Positions 21,037 through 24,163 of a DNA stretch of 24,163 nucleotides are shown here, in pieces. The notes below the pieces were generated by a model. The model was not told the origin of the DNA and made no database searches. It saw nothing but the letters and a program-made list of their open reading frames with translations. A program made the translations under genes and the position numbers. The number at the start of each line of letters is the position of its first letter. The first letter of the stretch is position 1. Source of the DNA: an uncultured Spirochaetia bacterium (lineage in GTDB: Bacteria > Oederibacteriota > PGYV01 > CAYTNY01); the NCBI GenBank assembly GCA_964439215.1, contig CAYTNY010000007.1, positions 1-24,163 on the forward strand, in the 5' to 3' direction.

Positions 21037-21558
21037 ATGGCAAAAGCCGCGGTTATTATGGGTTCGGATTCAGATCTTAAGATTATGAACGAAGCTGTAA
21101 AGATTCTTGGGAAGTTCGGGATAGAAGCCGGGGTGAGCGTGGCTTCCGCGCACAGAACGCCGGATAAGGTTGAAAAACTCGTTGAAAATTGGGAGAAAGA
21201 AGGTGTTGAGGTTATTATAGCGGGAGCCGGAATGGCCGCGCATCTTGCCGGGGTTATTACGGCAAAAACAACACTGCCTGTCATAGGAGTCCCGATGCCG
21301 GGCGGCGCTTTAAACGGTGTTGACGCGCTGTATTCAATAGTGCAGATGCCCAAAGGCGTGCCTGTGGGATGTATGGCTATAGGAAAGGCAGGCGCTGTAA
21401 ACGCCGGGGTTTTTGCCGCGGAAATACTCGGGATAAAATATGAGGATATAAAAAAGAAACTGGATGATTATAAAACCGAGATGGCGGATGCGGTTGAAAA
21501 AAAGGACGCGGAGCTTCAAAGCAGGGGAGTTGAAAAATTCCTGAAAGACAACGCCTGA
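21037..21558 (+). CDS. purE: N5-carboxyaminoimidazole ribonucleotide mutase (class I PurE)
   Basis: The motifs GSDSDL and SAHRTPD (class I signature) and AGMAAHLAG are present. RBS GAGGAGG lies upstream. Confidence 0.9.
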   Translation: MAKAAVIMGSDSDLKIMNEAVKILGKFGIEAGVSVASAHRTPDKVEKLVENWEKEGVEVIIAGAGMAAHLAGVITAKTTLPVIGVPMPGGALNGVDALYSIVQMPKGVPVGCMAIGKAGAVNAGVFAAEILGIKYEDIKKKLDDYKTEMADAVEKKDAELQSRGVEKFLKDNA

Positions 21559-21609
21559 AGGAAGAATTCGTATACAGGCTTATGCGAAGGTGCGTATGAA
21601 AAGTTGTTC

Positions 21610-21635
21610 TGAAAAATCAACGATCAAAAATCAAC
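21610..21635 (+). repeat. Two direct repeats (t[g/c]aaaaatcaac) spaced 14 bp apart, upstream of tsaC
   Basis: The sequence tgaaaaatcaac occurs at 21610-21621 and tcaaaaatcaac at 21624-21635. They lie in the putative leader of the YrdC-family gene. Confidence 0.35.
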
Positions 21636-21649
21636 AATTAAAAATTAAA

Positions 21650-22210
21650 ATGTCTTTTCCCCGTATGAAAAAGAGGGATGTTGAGCGTGTTGCCGCGGTT
21701 CTTAACGCGGGAGGGGCAGCGGTTATGCCCGCGGATACTGTTTACGGTGTTTTCTGCAGGGCGGACAATAAGAAAGCGGTTGAAAAAATTTACCGTATTA
21801 AGGGCAGGGATTTTAAAAAACCGCTGCAGGTGTTTTTCTCGTCCAAAAAGGGTATATACAAAGCCGCAGCAGTCTCGGGGCACGGGGAAAAAATGGTTGA
21901 AAAGAACCTGCCGGGGCCGTATACGATGATATTTAACATAAAAAAGAATCCGGGAAGTTCTTTTCTGAAAGATACCGTTGGGGTCAGGCATATCAAGTAT
22001 AAATGGATAAATGACATAATCAGACTGACGGGGCCGCTTGCCGCAACGTCAGCGAACATATCCGGAAAGAAAGACCCGCTGAGGTTCTCTTCTGTGGATA
22101 AAAAGATAATTGAACAGGCGGATGCGTTGGTCGTGTGCGACAGGATTGTGAGCGGGGAGGCGTCAAGGGTTGTAAGTTTTATCGGAGGGGAACCTGAAAT
22201 CTTGCGGTAG
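21650..22210 (+). CDS. tsaC: L-threonylcarbamoyladenylate synthase, YrdC/TsaC short form
   Basis: The YrdC-domain N-terminus VERVAAVLNAGGAAVMPADTVYGV aligns with E. coli TsaC residues 7-32. A start at ATG 21665 fits homolog length best. In-frame alternatives are ATG 21650, ATG 21596 (GAAGG upstream) and GTG 21590 (ORF track). Confidence 0.8.
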   Translation: MSFPRMKKRDVERVAAVLNAGGAAVMPADTVYGVFCRADNKKAVEKIYRIKGRDFKKPLQVFFSSKKGIYKAAAVSGHGEKMVEKNLPGPYTMIFNIKKNPGSSFLKDTVGVRHIKYKWINDIIRLTGPLAATSANISGKKDPLRFSSVDKKIIEQADALVVCDRIVSGEASRVVSFIGGEPEILR

Positions 22211-22219
22211 AATATATCT

Positions 22220-22252
22220 GTCGGGGCGGCAAAAGCCGCCCCGTTTTATTTG
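22220..22252. terminator. Strong GC hairpin terminator between the convergent tsaC and lipoprotein genes
   Basis: The 9-bp stem cggggcggc-aaaa-gccgccccg is followed by ttttatttg on the plus strand. It also lies 12 nt beyond the minus-strand gene's stop, so it can act bidirectionally, though the T-run favours the plus direction. Confidence 0.7.
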
Positions 22253-22264
22253 AATACCGGATTT

Positions 22265-22978
22265 TTATTCCGCGTACAGGGTTATATTATCCAGTATTAT
22301 CTCTTTGAATGAAGACGCGGTGCCGTCGCCGCCGGTTTTAAAGTAAAACCTAACCTGTGTTACGATTTCCAGAACTTCTGCTTGGGTTAGAGAACCGGCA
22401 GATGTGAAATCGGAAAGGTATACGGAATAGGCTGCCCAGTCTCCTGATTTGTCCAGTTCAATGTCATTTAATTCCAGTCTTTCCCCTGCTTCAGAAGTAA
22501 AGAACTTTATGTCTGTATATACGGTGTTTTCGGGCAGTGTATCCGTTTCTAATTTGCAATTAAAGTATATTATTTTGTAGGCGCTGAAATCACTGCCTGT
22601 GTCCGGCGCTGAATTTGTGTTCAGGTACACGGCAAACCACTGTGCGCCGTCATCTTCCGCGGTTGCTGATATGCTGTATGCTTTGGCTCCGTATTCGGCA
22701 GGTTCCCCGGAAAGGTCAATGCAGTTCCTGCTGAGGTTCTCGACGCCCGCTGACATTGCTCCTCCGACTATATTTGTGCATCCGCCGCACACTATTGAAG
22801 TGCGGCAGTTTTCAACTTCGAAATCCGCGACTGTAACGAATTCGGGTGTAGGGGTGGCTGTTGCGGTCGGTTCAGGCCCGGAGTCCGGAGCCTGGGGATT
22901 GCTGCACGAACAGGAAAAAAATGCGGGCATAATCAGAAAAATGGCAATTGCGGAAAACATAAAAAAATTATTACGCAT
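22265..22978 (-). CDS. Hypothetical secreted lipoprotein (signal peptide, Pro/Thr linker, Cys-containing beta-rich domain)
   Basis: A strong RBS (aaaggaggg) lies 7 nt before the ATG on the minus strand. The N-terminal signal ends with a lipobox-like FFSC motif. A PEPTATATPTPE linker follows. The protein is acidic and Lys-poor, unlike the neighbouring proteins. I recognise no family. Confidence 0.6.
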   Translation of the reverse strand: MRNNFFMFSAIAIFLIMPAFFSCSCSNPQAPDSGPEPTATATPTPEFVTVADFEVENCRTSIVCGGCTNIVGGAMSAGVENLSRNCIDLSGEPAEYGAKAYSISATAEDDGAQWFAVYLNTNSAPDTGSDFSAYKIIYFNCKLETDTLPENTVYTDIKFFTSEAGERLELNDIELDKSGDWAAYSVYLSDFTSAGSLTQAEVLEIVTQVRFYFKTGGDGTASSFKEIILDNITLYAE

Positions 22979-23054
22979 AATATCACCCTCCTTTAAAATG
23001 TTAAAATTATGTTATCGCAAATATTGACAACAGGCAAGTTTTTTTTATGCGCTG

Positions 23055-23083
23055 ATTATATTGGCGCGAAAAAACAATTGCAA
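23055..23083 (-). promoter_or_regulatory. Candidate promoter for the lipoprotein gene (minus strand)
   Basis: On the minus strand the sequence reads TTGCAA, a 17-nt spacer, then TATAAT, which is consensus-quality. In plus coordinates the -35 is 23078-23083 and the -10 is 23055-23060. Confidence 0.4.
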
Positions 23084-23106
23084 TAAGAATAAAAATATTA
23101 TATATT
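23078..23106 (+). promoter_or_regulatory. Candidate promoter for the ferredoxin gene, sharing the palindromic -35 TTGCAA with the divergent promoter
   Basis: A -35 TTGCAA (23078-23083), a 17-nt spacer and a -10 TATATT (23101-23106) are present. RBS AAAGGAGGA lies 8 nt before ATG 23150. Confidence 0.35.
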
Positions 23107-23149
23107 TAGTTCGTTGTTTAAAATTTTTTTTAAAGGAGGATGAATTAAG

Positions 23150-23383
23150 ATGGCGAGCAAAGACGGAAAAGTAGCGGAAAATGTTGACGGAAAATTTTAT
23201 GTTGATGATCAGTGTACGGCCTGCGGCGTCTGCGAAGCAGAAGCTCCGGAGAATTTCAAGATGAAAGATGACGGGTCTTATGCTTATGTTTCGAAACAGC
23301 CCGAGAATGACGAGGAAACAGCAGCGTGCGAAAGCGCAAAGGACTCCTGTCCTTCTGACGCAATCGGCGATGACGGCGAATAA
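23150..23383 (+). CDS. Small single-cluster [4Fe-4S] ferredoxin (Thermotoga/Pyrococcus type)
   Basis: The motif CTACGVCEAEAP and a distal CESAKDSCPSDAI are present. The protein is 77 aa and acidic. A strong RBS and a downstream terminator flank it. Confidence 0.8.
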   Translation: MASKDGKVAENVDGKFYVDDQCTACGVCEAEAPENFKMKDDGSYAYVSKQPENDEETAACESAKDSCPSDAIGDDGE

Positions 23384-23400
23384 TTAATTAATAACAACAA

Positions 23401-23436
23401 AAGCCCCTGTGTTTTCCGCGGGGGCTTTTTTGTTTT
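23401..23436 (+). terminator. Rho-independent terminator after the ferredoxin gene
   Basis: The stem aagcccc...ggggctt (with an inner cgcg pairing) is followed by ttttttgttttc. Confidence 0.7.
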
Positions 23437-23468
23437 CTTGAGAACAGGAAAGCGGAAAAGGAGAATCT

Positions 23469-24086
23469 TTGAAAATATATCTTGTCAGGCACGGGGAAAC
23501 CGAATGGAACAGCAGGCTGCTTTTTCAGGGGCATTCGGATATAAGCCTTAATTCCGCGGGGCGCAGGCAGGCTGCCCGTATATGCGGTTTCCTGAAAGAA
23601 GACCCGCCGGAAGTAATTGTGAGCAGCGACCTTAAGCGGGCGTATGAAACGGCTCTTATAATAAAAAAAGGGCTGGCGCATAAACCGTCTGTGATCAAGG
23701 AATATTCTTTCCGAGAGCGGAGTTATGGGAACCTTGAGGGGAAACAGTATATGGAAAAGGCCGGGCCTTTTGAATTTACGGGGGAAACGGATTTTTCTTT
23801 TTTCCGCCGTGTGAAAAGAGTCATGAAAAGATTTGTTTCGGAATATGCGGGCAGATATGAAACCGCAGCTGTGATTACACACGGAGGGGTCATAAGAGGC
23901 ATTGTTAGGAATATGCTTAAAATTCCCGGTTTGAATTACAGGCATATACGTCTTTATAACGCTTCTGTCACAGAGTTGTTTTATGATGAAAAGAAAAAGT
24001 ACTTTTACCTGACTCTTTTAAACAGCATCTCTCACCTGTCAAAAGCTGACAGAGCAAAGGCGGAGTTTCATATAAAGGGAGTGTGA
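23469..24086 (+). CDS. Histidine phosphatase family protein (phosphoglycerate mutase/CobC-like)
   Basis: The N-terminal RHG motif (LVRHGETEWN), a second conserved Arg (RAYETA) and the C-terminal catalytic His (ITHGGVIR) are present. It starts at TTG, with RBS AAAGGAGA upstream. Confidence 0.8.
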   Translation: MKIYLVRHGETEWNSRLLFQGHSDISLNSAGRRQAARICGFLKEDPPEVIVSSDLKRAYETALIIKKGLAHKPSVIKEYSFRERSYGNLEGKQYMEKAGPFEFTGETDFSFFRRVKRVMKRFVSEYAGRYETAAVITHGGVIRGIVRNMLKIPGLNYRHIRLYNASVTELFYDEKKKYFYLTLLNSISHLSKADRAKAEFHIKGV

Positions 24087-24096
24087 GGGAGTAATA

Positions 24097-24147
24097 GTTC
24101 AAAGTTCAAAGTTCAAAAGTTCCAAGTTCAAAAGTTCCAAGTCCAAA
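24097..24147. repeat. Tandem repeat of 7 copies of a 7-8 bp unit GTTC(A/C)AA(A), truncated by the window end
   Basis: The sequence reads gttcaaa gttcaaa gttcaaaa gttccaa gttcaaaa gttccaa gtccaaa, starting immediately after the phosphatase stop codon. No frame-consistent coding periodicity is evident. Confidence 0.6.
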
Positions 24148-24163
24148 GTGAGAACAAAACCGG

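Noticed and set aside
23024-23029. Consensus TTGACA hexamer in the lipoprotein-ferredoxin divergent region
   Set aside because: No acceptable -10 lies 16-18 nt downstream on the plus strand (atgcgc). It probably falls within the 5' UTR of the minus-strand transcript rather than acting as a promoter.

Overview
The window is a densely packed, almost entirely plus-strand block of core housekeeping genes. The source appears to be an AT-rich bacterium with a lysine-rich proteome, and the gene order is Firmicutes-like: tmk-holB-yaaT(PSP1), then metG-tatD. I identify 23 protein-coding genes with confident family-level assignments: dTMP kinase, DNA polymerase III delta-prime, PSP1/YaaT, MetRS, TatD, trpD-trpC-trpF-trpB-trpA, a GAF-GAF-HD-GYP signalling protein, accD, folC, cysE, ligA, an SPFH/band-7 protein, a GH57 glucan enzyme, purD, purE, tsaC/YrdC, a minus-strand secreted lipoprotein, a small [4Fe-4S] ferredoxin and a histidine-phosphatase-family protein. 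I find no rRNA, tRNA, CRISPR array, transposase, integrase or recognisable defence or mobile element. Within the window, genes from tmk to the HD-GYP protein (83..11089) have no intergenic gap longer than 71 nt. The trp genes therefore have no leader or attenuator of their own in this window, and trpE/trpG are absent from it. Features the annotated genes do not explain are: a roughly 430-nt noncoding gap (17095..17526) containing a GC-rich, arginine-codon-rich island in an otherwise AT-rich genome, which may be a structured RNA or long leader of the GH57 gene; an HD-GYP phosphodiesterase translationally coupled (ATGA overlap) to trpA; a back-to-back divergent promoter pair sharing one palindromic TTGCAA -35 hexamer between the lipoprotein and ferredoxin genes; direct repeats upstream of tsaC; and a 7-copy heptamer/octamer tandem repeat truncated by the window edge. 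I do not see a clear novel multi-gene system; what follows are modest, checkable leads.
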